DNA of 32,000 nucleotides from the NCBI GenBank assembly GCA_963699255.1, contig OY969425.1:240001-272000 (forward strand), in the 5' to 3' direction. The translations under genes and the position numbers were made by a program. This DNA comes from an uncultured bacterium. GTDB lineage: Bacteria; Margulisbacteria; WOR-1; CAVSGV01. This document shows, in pieces, positions 1 to 8,945 of this stretch. A model generated the notes under the pieces. That model was not told where the DNA came from and made no database searches. It saw only the letters and a list, made by a program, of their open reading frames with translations. Positions within the stretch are counted from its first letter, which is position 1. Every line of letters begins with the position of its first letter.

Positions 1-17
1 TTTTAAGGAGGAGATCC

Positions 18-500
18 ATGAAAAAGACAGCTGTGTTTTTGCTCGCATTGTTTTTTTTCGCGACGGCATATGCTCTGAGCAGTTTTCAGGCGGCATATAA
101 ACCCACGGATTTTCTGTTGAACGATCTGACAGGCAAGCCTATTTCTTCTGCGATATATAAAGGCAAGGCCGTGTTGATGGTGTTTTTCCGGGCGGAGTGT
201 CCCGGCTGCCAGCAGGAACTCCCTCAGATAGAGCAGCTTTACGAGAAATACAGATCAAAGAAATTCGATGTCCTGGGCGTGAACGTCAGGGAGGACGCTG
301 ATGTTGTCAGAGCTTTTGCCAGGGACAATAAACTGTCATTCACTGTTATTCTGGATGATGCAGGCGGCCTCGCCTCCGCATATCAGATAAAGTTCATTCC
401 CAGGATAGTGATCCTGGACAGGTCGGGGAAAATAAGATTCAGTTCTTATGGCATTCCCATGAAGGATATTGAGAAAGAGATAAAGAAAGTTCTAAAATGA
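18..500 (+). CDS. TlpA-like thiol-disulfide oxidoreductase / redoxin with signal peptide
   Basis: ORF with N-terminal hydrophobic signal, redoxin fold and CxxC (AECPGCQQELPQIEQL); strong SD (aaggaggag) before the ATG; overlaps a CcdA gene by 4 nt. Confidence 0.88.
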   Translation: MKKTAVFLLALFFFATAYALSSFQAAYKPTDFLLNDLTGKPISSAIYKGKAVLMVFFRAECPGCQQELPQIEQLYEKYRSKKFDVLGVNVREDADVVRAFARDNKLSFTVILDDAGGLASAYQIKFIPRIVILDRSGKIRFSSYGIPMKDIEKEIKKVLK

Positions 501-1216
501 ACTTTTTCGTTGCTTTTCTCGCGGGCCTTTTGACCTTTTTCAGCCCGTGCGTTTTTCCGCTGATACCGTCTTACATATCATATGTTACCGGATTTTCCGT
601 CGATGACCTCTCGCACGGCGACAAAAAGCTTTTGCTTAAGAGGTCCATATTCGGGTCTTTGAGCTTCATCCTGGGATTCTCGATCATATTTATCCTTATG
701 GGCATTTCCGCTTCTTTTGCCGGCAGCCTGATTTTTCAATTTCAAAATTACATAAGGGTCGTCGGCGGGGCCGTGATAGTATTCTTCGGATTAGCCATGA
801 CCGGATTATTGACAATAAGGTCCCTGGAAACAGAAAAAAGGTTCGGCATGAAGAACAAGCCCGTTGGCTATGCGGGCGCGTTGATATTAGGGATGACCTT
901 TGCGGCGGGGTGGGTGCCGTGCGTCGGGCCGATACTCTCTTCCATCCTGACCATTGCCGCTACTTCCGGCTCGAGATTTTATGGCGGGCTACTTCTGTTT
1001 TCATACTGTTTGGGGCTGGGAAGCCCGATACTCGTGTCCGCGGTAGCGTTTAATTATTTTCTGGCTCTCTACAGGCACATCGTAAAATACCTTAGATTGA
1101 TCTCGGTGGTCAGCGGAGTGCTCTTGATATTTATCGGCCTCCTCCTGATGACAGATAATCTTACCTGGCTTTCCGATCATCTGACCCGTCTTTTCATCTT
1201 CAGCGGAACACATTAA
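497..1216 (+). CDS. ccdA: CcdA/DsbD-like cytochrome c biogenesis transmembrane protein
   Basis: FFSPCVFPLIPSYISYVTG and GWVPCVGPILSSIL motifs, about 6 TM segments, coupled to a TlpA-like gene. Confidence 0.9.
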   Translation: MNFFVAFLAGLLTFFSPCVFPLIPSYISYVTGFSVDDLSHGDKKLLLKRSIFGSLSFILGFSIIFILMGISASFAGSLIFQFQNYIRVVGGAVIVFFGLAMTGLLTIRSLETEKRFGMKNKPVGYAGALILGMTFAAGWVPCVGPILSSILTIAATSGSRFYGGLLLFSYCLGLGSPILVSAVAFNYFLALYRHIVKYLRLISVVSGVLLIFIGLLLMTDNLTWLSDHLTRLFIFSGTH

Positions 1217-1248
1217 AACACTGAGACAGAGCCACGCGTATCCGTGTA

Positions 1249-1277
1249 TTGTCTAATAGTTGAATTTCTAATATAAT
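1249..1277 (+). promoter_or_regulatory. Sigma70-type promoter for the tRNA-Thr pair
   Basis: TTGTCT (1249-1254), 17 nt spacer, TATAAT (1272-1277), 12 nt before the first tRNA. Confidence 0.6.
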
Positions 1278-1289
1278 GTGGCAGATTCC

Positions 1290-1362
1290 GCCCGTGTAGC
1301 TCAGCTGGTAGAGCAGCTGATTCGTAATCAGCAGGTCGTCGGTTCAATTCCGACCGCGGGCT
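1290..1362 (+). tRNA. tRNA-Thr(CGT)
   Basis: Cloverleaf: acceptor GCCCGTG/CGCGGGC, D-arm GCTCAGCTGGTAGAGC, anticodon stem GCTGA-TTCGTAA-TCAGC (anticodon CGT), T-arm GTCGG-TTCAATT-CCGAC; CCA not encoded. Confidence 0.95.
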
Positions 1363-1373
1363 TATGTTTTCGC

Positions 1374-1446
1374 GCCGCCGTAGCTCAGCTGGTAGAGCAA
1401 CTGATTTGTAATCAGTAGGTCGGTGGTTCAAATCCACTCGGCGGCT
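1374..1446 (+). tRNA. tRNA-Thr(TGT)
   Basis: Cloverleaf: acceptor GCCGCCG/CGGCGGC, anticodon stem ACTGA-TTTGTAA-TCAGT (anticodon TGT), TTCAAAT T-loop; CCA not encoded. Confidence 0.95.
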
Positions 1447-1461
1447 TAGCAATTAAGGAAG

Positions 1462-1556
1462 AATTAACAATGACACAATTAACAACAATGTAGCCTCGCT
1501 TGCGCTCGGCATTTATTATTTTTATATAATAATTTCATTGTTGTTCATTGTTAATT
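1462..1556. repeat. Nested inverted-repeat element, intergenic
   Basis: Outer arms AATTAACAATG (1462-1472) / CATTGTTAATT (1546-1556), perfect 11 bp; inner arms AACAACAATG (1481-1490) / CATTGTTGTT (1536-1545), perfect 10 bp; core cctcgcttgcgctcggc. Confidence 0.75.
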
Positions 1557-1572
1557 GAGAAATTGTTAATTT

Positions 1573-2229
1573 ATGATTATAAAAACTATCCAGGTCGGAC
1601 AACTAAGGACAAACTGCTACATCGTAGCCCCGGATTGTGCCATACAGGCTTCCTCACGTCGAAGCGGGCGGGCGGGAGAGACAAGAGAAGCCGTGATAAT
1701 CGATCCCGGTGATGAAGCTGAAAAAATTATCGATGTCATGGATTCCGAGAATCTTAGGCCTATACTTATCGTGAACACGCACATTCATCCCGATCATGTG
1801 GGAGGGAATTTCAGGCTGGCCGAGAAATACGGCATCGTCGCGGCGGCCGGCAAGGACGGCATCGATTTTATCGAAGGGATCAAAAAATATTTTGAAGTGT
1901 TCTCGGGCTTGAGCATCGAAAGCCTCGGCATCAAAAGATTCCTGAAGGATGGAGAGATCATAAGGATCGGGGACATTGACTTGAAGGTCATGGAAACGCC
2001 GGGGCACTCAAAGGGCAGCTTGTGTTTGTACGCTGATGGAGTGCTGTTCAGCGGGGACACGCTTTTTGCCGGGACCTATGGAAGGACGGATATCCCCGGA
2101 GGAAGCGAAAATGATATCCAGGAGTCCATCGCCAGGCTTATGGAACTGCCGGATGATACGATGGTTTACCCGGGGCATGGAAGGATGACAACGATATCGG
2201 AAGAGAGAAAACTGTATGCCAAAGATTAG
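1573..2229 (+). CDS. MBL-fold metallohydrolase (glyoxalase II-like) with a putative internal in-frame insertion
   Basis: THIHPDHVGG, FSGDTLF, YPGHGRMT metallo-beta-lactamase motifs; MIIKTIQVGQLRTNCYIV ... EAVIIDPG is typical, but CAIQASSRRSGRAGETR lies between these motifs. Confidence 0.9.
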   Translation: MIIKTIQVGQLRTNCYIVAPDCAIQASSRRSGRAGETREAVIIDPGDEAEKIIDVMDSENLRPILIVNTHIHPDHVGGNFRLAEKYGIVAAAGKDGIDFIEGIKKYFEVFSGLSIESLGIKRFLKDGEIIRIGDIDLKVMETPGHSKGSLCLYADGVLFSGDTLFAGTYGRTDIPGGSENDIQESIARLMELPDDTMVYPGHGRMTTISEERKLYAKD

Positions 2230-3151
2230 CCTGTTTTACGGTGATGAAGATTTTCTGCTCGACGAGGAAATAAAGCGGTTGAAGAGCGGGAGTTCGGAAT
2301 TTAACTTTGAACGGATCAATGGGGCAAAAAGCGGACCGGAGCAGATAATTTCCGTGCTTGCGACGTGTCCGTTACTGGGGGGAAGGCTGGTCGTCATCGA
2401 TTCTCTTAAGCTCGATGAGGAAGACGAAGAAAGATTGTTCGGCGTTTTGCGCAGCCTAAATGAGAGCGTGAAGGTCGTATTCGTATATTATGACGGCCTG
2501 GACAGAAGAAGGAAATTCTACAAGTTCATTGAAAAGATAGGGGACGTCAGGGAGTTTAAAAGGTTCACCGAATGGGAGCAGGATAAAGTGCTCGCATGGA
2601 TCGTTAACAGGGTGAATACATACGGGAAAAAGATCGGGAGCCACGCGGCCAATCTTCTGATCGAGATCGTCGGATTTAACCTGAGGATGCTTGACAAAGA
2701 GATAGAAAAGATCGCTACTTATATCGGGGACAGGGACCTTATAGAAGAGCAGGATGTGGCAAGCCTTTCCAGCGCCGGAGAAATCGACTCATTCGCTTTT
2801 TCGAACGCCATAAGGGACAAGAACACTCAGGAGGCGCTTAAATGCTTGAACAGATTATTCAAGGACAACCAGAATCCGCATATGTTGGTCGGGATGCTCG
2901 CAAAGCTTTACAGGATGCTCCTGCAGGTAAAATATCTGGAAGATAAGGGCTTTGGCCAGTACGACATAGCCAGAGAACTTAATGCAAAGCCTTTTTTTAT
3001 AAAAAAATGCGCGGAAAAGACCGGCAGATTCACCCTTAACGAACTGATAAATGACATAAAAATTCTCCAGCGCGCGGACCTGAAAATGAAAAGCGGCGCT
3101 TCTCCTAAGCTGACCCTTGAGATGCTGATCCCGGAACTGTGCAATGGATAA
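2216..3151 (+). CDS. holA: DNA polymerase III subunit delta
   Basis: N-terminal 'LFYGDEDFLLDEEIKRL', 'ATCPLLGGRLVVIDS', and C-terminal HolA clamp-loader collar motifs. Confidence 0.85.
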   Translation: MPKISLFYGDEDFLLDEEIKRLKSGSSEFNFERINGAKSGPEQIISVLATCPLLGGRLVVIDSLKLDEEDEERLFGVLRSLNESVKVVFVYYDGLDRRRKFYKFIEKIGDVREFKRFTEWEQDKVLAWIVNRVNTYGKKIGSHAANLLIEIVGFNLRMLDKEIEKIATYIGDRDLIEEQDVASLSSAGEIDSFAFSNAIRDKNTQEALKCLNRLFKDNQNPHMLVGMLAKLYRMLLQVKYLEDKGFGQYDIARELNAKPFFIKKCAEKTGRFTLNELINDIKILQRADLKMKSGASPKLTLEMLIPELCNG

Positions 3152-4895
3152 TTCAGGCGAGAGCGCGGTATTACAGCATGGCAGAACGAGAGCTATGGGG
3201 CTTTTGTTCGCCTTTATTTGCATATTTATTCTTCTGGCGATCAGGCTTTTCTATCTTCAACTCATAGAGCACGAATTCTTTCTGGATAAATCCCTTGAAC
3301 AGAGGATCAGGATCATCACTCTTTCTCCCGACAGAGGGGACATATATGACAGGAACGGGAACGTGCTCGCGACATCAATTAACGCTTTCTCTGTTGGGGC
3401 CTTTCCTTCGGAAATAAAGAATAAACCGGAAACGGCCGACAAAATCTCAAAGATATTAAAAGAAAAAAGATCGGCCGTTCTTCAAAAGCTGAATTCCGGC
3501 AAGCCTTTTGTCTGGATAGCAAGAAAGATTGAAGAGCCGCTTGCCCAGAGAATAAAAGGAAAAAAGATCTCCGGGATCGAACTTCTGCCGGAGGAAAAGC
3601 GGGTATACCCGAAAAGAAAACTTGCTTCGCAGATCATAGGTTTTGTCGGGATGGATAATCAGGGGCTGTCAGGCATCGAGATCTCATACGACAAATATTT
3701 AAAAGGTGAAGAAGGCAGCCTCATAAAGGACATTGATCCGCGCGGACGCGAGATCCTTACGTCAAACCTGCGAGTTCTTAAATCGCCGACCAATGGAGGG
3801 GACATTACGCTGACCATTGACGAGCCGATACAATACAAGGCTGAGACTGAGATAAGGAAAATGGTGGAGTCCTCTCATGCCAACTCCGGCAGCGTGATAG
3901 TAATGGACATCAAGAGCGGAGAGATATTGGCGCTCGCTTCATATCCGGACTTCGATCCGAACGATTACCAAAAGTTCAATAAGAACGTATGGTATAACCG
4001 CGTTGTTACCGACGTTTATGAACCGGGCTCGACTTTCAAGCTTATAACCGTTGCTAGCGCGATCGAGGAGGGAGTGATATCAAAAGATACCGTAGTGTAC
4101 TGCCCTGATACTATCAAGCTGGGGGGGCGCACGATAAAAAATTCCCATAGGTTGAAATTTGACACAAGGAACCTTTCGGTAAAAGAGATACTGCGCGAGT
4201 CCGTTAATACCGGAGCTGTACAGATAGCCCTGAAGCTCGGCAAGGAAAAATTTTACAAACACATAAAAGATTTTGGCTTTGGTGACTATACTGGCGTAGG
4301 ACTTTTTGGGGAATCAAGAGGGATATTGAACGATCCGTCCGTCTGGAACAAGCCGGACATAGGGATGATATCTTTCGGGCAGAGCATAGCGGTCACACCC
4401 ATACAACTTCTTTCGTCCCTGACGGCGATCGCGAACGGGGGAATAATAGTGAAGCCAAGGCTCGTAAAGAAAATAGAGAATGATGATGCGAACTTCATGA
4501 AGGTTTTTGCTCCGGAGGCCAGGGGTAGGGCGATCTCAGAAAAAGTCGCGGGCGACATGCTCGATCTATGCGAGGATGTGGTGGAGAACGGGACAGGGCG
4601 CGCCGCAAAAATATCCGGCTTCAGGGTTGGCGGAAAGACCGGGACGGCGCAGAAACCTCGTCCCGGAGGTGGGGGATACATGGAGGGGCATTTTGTATCA
4701 TCTTTCATAGGGTTTACCCCGATGGACAAGCCCTGCATCGCTGTCCTGGTGGTGGTGGATGACCCAAAACCCGTTTATTGGGGGGAGAAGATAGCCGCTC
4801 CGGTGTTCAAGCAGGTGGCGGAATACGCGCTTAGAAGACTGAATATTTCGCCGGACAAAAAAGAAAGTTCTGTGAAAGAAAGTTCTGTGATATAA
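3144..4895 (+). CDS. Class B penicillin-binding protein (FtsI/PBP2-like transpeptidase)
   Basis: N-terminal TM, dimerisation domain RGDIYDRNGNVLA, active-site motifs STFK (YEPGSTFKL), SVN (ESVNTGAV), KTG (GGKTGTAQK). Confidence 0.93.
   Translation: MDNSGESAVLQHGRTRAMGLLFAFICIFILLAIRLFYLQLIEHEFFLDKSLEQRIRIITLSPDRGDIYDRNGNVLATSINAFSVGAFPSEIKNKPETADKISKILKEKRSAVLQKLNSGKPFVWIARKIEEPLAQRIKGKKISGIELLPEEKRVYPKRKLASQIIGFVGMDNQGLSGIEISYDKYLKGEEGSLIKDIDPRGREILTSNLRVLKSPTNGGDITLTIDEPIQYKAETEIRKMVESSHANSGSVIVMDIKSGEILALASYPDFDPNDYQKFNKNVWYNRVVTDVYEPGSTFKLITVASAIEEGVISKDTVVYCPDTIKLGGRTIKNSHRLKFDTRNLSVKEILRESVNTGAVQIALKLGKEKFYKHIKDFGFGDYTGVGLFGESRGILNDPSVWNKPDIGMISFGQSIAVTPIQLLSSLTAIANGGIIVKPRLVKKIENDDANFMKVFAPEARGRAISEKVAGDMLDLCEDVVENGTGRAAKISGFRVGGKTGTAQKPRPGGGGYMEGHFVSSFIGFTPMDKPCIAVLVVVDDPKPVYWGEKIAAPVFKQVAEYALRRLNISPDKKESSVKESSVI
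4860..4889 (+). repeat. 15-bp tandem duplication (2 copies) encoding KESSV-KESSV at the PBP C-terminus
   Basis: AAAGAAAGTTCTGTG x2, immediately before ATA TAA. Confidence 0.85.
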
Positions 4896-4905
4896 TCAAA
4901 AAATC

Positions 4906-5904
4906 ATGAAAAAGAAAAGAGCTTTATCTGGAATTCAGCCCTCCGGGAAGCTCCATCTCGGCAATCTTGTTGGAGCCATCTCAAACTGGGTCAAGCTTCA
5001 GGATAAGTACGACTGTTATTATTTTATCGCTGACATCCACGCGTTAACGACGGGCTATGCTGACACCGGCAGGTTGAAAGAGAATATCATGGATGTGGCC
5101 ATGGATATGCTCAGCTCGGGACTTGACCCTGAAAGATCAACGCTTTTCATACAATCGGACATCCCGGAACACAGCGAACTTCATCTCATGTTCTCTATGA
5201 TAACGCCGCTCTCATGGCTTGAAAGGATACCGACCTATAAATCCCAGATAGAGGAGCTTAAGGAAAAGGACCTGGGGACATACGGGTTTTTGGGCTACCC
5301 GGTCCTTCAGGCCGCGGATATATTGATATATAAATCTGATGTAGTACCGGTCGGACAGGACCAGCTGCCGCATCTGGAACTTACCAGGGAGATAGCGAGG
5401 AGGTTCAATCATTTTTATAAGGACGTTTTTCCTGTTCCCGCGGATCTCCTTACCGAAGCTCCCGTGCTGCCCGGACTTGACGGAAGAAAAATGAGCAAGA
5501 GCTACAATAATACTATCGCGATATCGGATCCTCCCGAGGCCATATTAAAGAAGATCAATGAGGCGGTGACCGATCCCGCCAGGGTAAAGAGGGAAGACAA
5601 GGGGCATCCGGATGTCTGCACAATATTCGCTTACCATAAGATATTCAATAAGGATGAAAGCAGACAGATACGCCTCGATTGTTCGAACGCGAAGATCGGC
5701 TGCGTTGAATGCAAAAAGATGATCGCCGGAAAACTTAGGGATTATCTTGCCCCGATATACGAGAAGAGGAAATCGCTGGAAAAAAGGAAAGAATACGTGA
5801 GGGAAGTGTTCGTTGAAGGCGGCAGAAAGGCCCAGGTGATCGCGAGGCAGACCCTTTCTGAGGCGAAAAAAGCGATGGGGATGTTATATGATGCCGACCG
5901 GTGA
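4906..5904 (+). CDS. trpS: Tryptophanyl-tRNA synthetase
   Basis: Class I signature PSGKLHLGNLVG, KMSKSYNN motif, typical length 332 aa. Confidence 0.96.
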   Translation: MKKKRALSGIQPSGKLHLGNLVGAISNWVKLQDKYDCYYFIADIHALTTGYADTGRLKENIMDVAMDMLSSGLDPERSTLFIQSDIPEHSELHLMFSMITPLSWLERIPTYKSQIEELKEKDLGTYGFLGYPVLQAADILIYKSDVVPVGQDQLPHLELTREIARRFNHFYKDVFPVPADLLTEAPVLPGLDGRKMSKSYNNTIAISDPPEAILKKINEAVTDPARVKREDKGHPDVCTIFAYHKIFNKDESRQIRLDCSNAKIGCVECKKMIAGKLRDYLAPIYEKRKSLEKRKEYVREVFVEGGRKAQVIARQTLSEAKKAMGMLYDADR

Positions 5905-6646
5905 AGAAGATAGTACATTACTCGCTTCCTATAAGTTGAAGCTGGATGTGTTCGAGGGCCCCTTTGATCTGCTTTTGGCAATGATAGACAAAGGTGAGAT
6001 CGATCTGTTCAAGGTCTCATTGACCCAGATCACGTCCGGATTCATGGATTACATCAGGACAATGGAAAAGTATAACATCGTTATCGCCGGCGAATTCCTT
6101 TTGATGGCGGCGTATCTTCTGGAGATGAAATCCAGGATGCTGCTTCCAGAAGTTCCGTCGTCCCAGGAGGAAGAGGACCTGTTGAACGTGGAAGAGGAAC
6201 TTTTGCAGAGGCTTGCCGAGTACAAGCTGTACAAAGGACTTGCCAAGAGCCTGAAGGACCGCAAGGATGTGTTCCAGAAGGTTTATACGAGATATCAACC
6301 GGAAGAAGCGCTCGAAGACAGGGAGATATTTCTGGTGGAAGTATCGATGAAGGACCTTGTCGCGGCGTTTAAGCGGGTTTGGGACATGGCGGAGAGCAGG
6401 GAAAGGACCGATGAGATAGCCATGGAAGTTTTCTCGGTAAAAGAAATGATCTCTGCGATATTGGAAAAGATAAAAGGCAATCCCGAAGGGCTCCGTTTCG
6501 ACGCCCTGTTCGACAGGTACGTAAAAGCGGAAATAATAGTTACTTTTCTGGCGATACTGGAACTGATAAAGCAAAAGCTGATAAGGATACTTCAGAACGA
6601 CATGTTCGGTGAGATTTATATTTACACGACGGAGGCGGCAAAATAG
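5888..6646 (+). CDS. scpA: Segregation and condensation protein A
   Basis: FEGPFDLLLAMIDKGEIDLFKVSLTQIT ... GEFLLMAAYLLEMKSRMLLP; followed directly by scpB. Confidence 0.93.
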   Translation: MMPTGEEDSTLLASYKLKLDVFEGPFDLLLAMIDKGEIDLFKVSLTQITSGFMDYIRTMEKYNIVIAGEFLLMAAYLLEMKSRMLLPEVPSSQEEEDLLNVEEELLQRLAEYKLYKGLAKSLKDRKDVFQKVYTRYQPEEALEDREIFLVEVSMKDLVAAFKRVWDMAESRERTDEIAMEVFSVKEMISAILEKIKGNPEGLRFDALFDRYVKAEIIVTFLAILELIKQKLIRILQNDMFGEIYIYTTEAAK

Positions 6647-7234
6647 TTGGAAAACGGCATTGAGATAAGTTATCCAAGATTAAAGAATATCCTGGAATCG
6701 CTGCTTTTCATCACAAAGAAACCGGTGACGCCGGAAGAGCTTCAGTCCGTCATAGGCGTTGACATAAAGCTTATCGAAAAAACGCTTTATGATCTTTTCG
6801 TGGAATACGAAAGCAGGGGAATGAACATAGTTAAGATAGCCGGCGGATACCACATGGTGACAAAACATGAAAATGTTGATTATGTCGACAGGCTTATCCA
6901 TTCTCCGATAGAGACCACGCTTTCTAACGCGGCGCTCGAGTCTCTTGCGATAATCGCTTATAAACAACCTATCACGAAGTTAACAATAGAAAATATTAGA
7001 GGAGTTAATTCGGACGGGGTCGTTGATACGCTGCTTGAGAAAAGGCTGATCAAGGAGGTCGGCAGAGGAGAGGGGCTGGGAAGACCCATCCTATACGGCA
7101 CGACCGTTGATTTCTTAAGGCATTTCGGGCTGAAGGACCTGAGCGATCTGCCTGCTTTGCCTAACGATGATGTCTCGGCGTTCAGAGAAGGATTGATCCT
7201 GCCCAAAGAGCAAACCCAAGGAGATGCCTTATGA
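6647..7234 (+). CDS. scpB: Segregation and condensation protein B
   Basis: LSNAALESLAIIAYKQPITKLTIENIRGVNSDGVVDTLLEKRLIKEVGRGEGLGRPILYGTT; TTG start with upstream ggaggcgg. Confidence 0.94.
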   Translation: MENGIEISYPRLKNILESLLFITKKPVTPEELQSVIGVDIKLIEKTLYDLFVEYESRGMNIVKIAGGYHMVTKHENVDYVDRLIHSPIETTLSNAALESLAIIAYKQPITKLTIENIRGVNSDGVVDTLLEKRLIKEVGRGEGLGRPILYGTTVDFLRHFGLKDLSDLPALPNDDVSAFREGLILPKEQTQGDAL

Positions 7235-8070
7235 GCATAGGAAAGATATTACGGGAAAAAAGGGAGGAAAGGGGATTATCTGTTGCCGATGTTTTTGCGG
7301 AAATAAAGATAAATAAAAAATATATCCAGGCTCTGGAAGACGATAATTTTCTTCTTATACCCTCCCAGGTCTATGCGAAAGGTTTTTTGAAAGCTTATTC
7401 GGATTTTTTAGGTCTTGACACGAAAAACCTTGTTGGCGAACTGATAAATTATTATAAGAACAGGGAGGGTGAGAGAAAAACGATCTCATCAGCCAAAAAG
7501 ATGCCAAAGGTCATTTCTGTACCGGGCGTACCGAAGCTCCCGAAGATCATAGGTATCCCGGAACTTAAATTAAAGTTCAAATTTAACATGAAAATGGTGT
7601 ATATAGCTGTTATGTCTGTCCTGGCGCTTCTTGTCCTTTTCATATTGATATATGGTTTCATTTCATTCCACAAAAAGAGCGCGGTTTCGATCATGGTAAA
7701 TCCCCCCGCGGCCGGGAAAATTGAGAGACCCATGGTCGGGCCAAAAAAGCCCCCTGCAGTAAAAGCCCCGGCAGTAAAGGCTCCAGCTGTAACTGAAGAG
7801 AAAATGAACGAGGAAAGCTCGATCCCTGAAGGCAAAGTTGAAGTAAGGATCGATACGATAGGGCGGTCATGGATCTATGTCGCTTCCGGCACCAAAGTGC
7901 TATACAGTGAAACGCTCAATCCCGGGGCGAAACTAAGATTTGTCGGCAGGGAGATAACGGTGAAGGCGGGTAACGGCGGCGGCGTAAAAGTATATGTGAA
8001 CGGTATTTCCAAGGGGCTTATGGGAGAAGAAGGTGTGGCATCGGAAAAAACTTACAGGGCATCTGAGTGA
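7231..8070 (+). CDS. RodZ-like protein: N-terminal HTH, single TM, C-terminal DUF4115-type domain
   Basis: IGKILREKREERGLSVADVFAEIKINKKYIQALEDDNFLLIPSQVYAKGFLKAYSDFLGLD; TM at VYIAVMSVLALLVLFILIYG. Confidence 0.88.
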   Translation: MSIGKILREKREERGLSVADVFAEIKINKKYIQALEDDNFLLIPSQVYAKGFLKAYSDFLGLDTKNLVGELINYYKNREGERKTISSAKKMPKVISVPGVPKLPKIIGIPELKLKFKFNMKMVYIAVMSVLALLVLFILIYGFISFHKKSAVSIMVNPPAAGKIERPMVGPKKPPAVKAPAVKAPAVTEEKMNEESSIPEGKVEVRIDTIGRSWIYVASGTKVLYSETLNPGAKLRFVGREITVKAGNGGGVKVYVNGISKGLMGEEGVASEKTYRASE

Positions 8071-8854
8071 GCACCACAGAAGCGCACATCTATGAGATCT
8101 TTTCCTCATTTCAAGGCGAAGGCCTCTACATAGGGGAACGGCAGATATTCATCAGATTTTTGATGTGCAACATGAGCTGCGCGTATTGCGACAGTCCGGA
8201 AAGCCTCACGCCCCAGAAAACGTTCAGGGTTGAAGAAACCCCCGGGAATAAAGATTTCAAGACATTCAACAATCCGGCGACAATAGATCAGATCTCCGGT
8301 TTTATCGATCAGCTAAAAGGGCAGAAAGGGCTTCATCACAGTGTTTCCATAACCGGAGGCGAGCCTCTTCTTCAGGTCGATTTTCTTAAGAATCTTCTCC
8401 CGAAGATCAAGGAAAAAGGCTTGAAAGCTTATCTTGAGACGAACGGCACCATGCCTGACAGGCTTTCTGAAATAATCGATCTTGTCGATATCGTGGCCAT
8501 GGATTTCAAGCTGCCGAGCATGACAGGGGAATCCGACAGGCTGCAGGAACACAAAAAAGCTCTCGAGGCGTCGACATCCCGCCTTCGCGAAGGCTTCGGC
8601 GGGCAGGCACAGATGTGTTCGTGAAGATCGTCATCGGAAAACAGACAAAGCCTGTTGAGATAGAGAACGCCTCAAAAGCCATATCGGAGGTAAACAGCGA
8701 GATACCGCTGGTGCTTCAGCCGGTCACGCCCGTAAGAGAAATAAAACACGGCCCCACCCCTGAGCAGATGTTTTCCTTTCACGCCATCGCCAAGAGGCAC
8801 TTGAACAGCGTGAGGGTCATTCCGCAGGTTCACAAGCTTCTCGGACAGCTCTGA
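8067..8854 (+). pseudogene. queE: 7-carboxy-7-deazaguanine synthase (radical SAM), split into two frames around a small palindrome
   Basis: ORF 8067-8624 carries FSSFQGEGLYIGERQIFIRF, CNMSCAYC and GGEPLLQ; ORF 8615-8854 in another frame carries the C-terminal part (VFVKIVIG ... IPLVLQPVTPV). The junction contains CCCGCCTTCGCGAAGGCTTCGGCGGG. Confidence 0.85.
8578..8608. repeat. Short palindromic insertion inside queE
   Basis: cccgccttcgcgaaggcttcggcgggcaggc: arms CCCGCC/GGCGGG and internal perfect 14-nt palindrome GCCTTCGCGAAGGC; encodes atypical 'SRLREGFGGQAQ'. Confidence 0.75.
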
Positions 8855-8872
8855 TGCAAACGTAAAATACGC

Positions 8873-8901
8873 TTGACTACGGGGCGGGGCGCTTTTAGAA
8901 T
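8873..8901 (+). promoter_or_regulatory. Sigma70-type promoter upstream of the 49-aa zinc-ribbon-like gene
   Basis: TTGACT (8873-8878), 17 nt spacer, TAGAAT (8896-8901); SD AGGAGGT follows at 8934-8940. Confidence 0.65.
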
Positions 8902-8945
8902 ACACAGTAGAAACAGAGAATTATTAATTGACTAGGAGGTGAATT

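Noticed and set aside
1213-1452. 79-aa ORF with 'LNHRPTDYKSVALPAELRR ... LNRRPADYESAALPAEL'
   Set aside because: It overlaps both tRNA-Thr genes. The peptide is of the type produced by spurious translation across tRNA genes, a familiar annotation artefact, and is not a real protein repeat.
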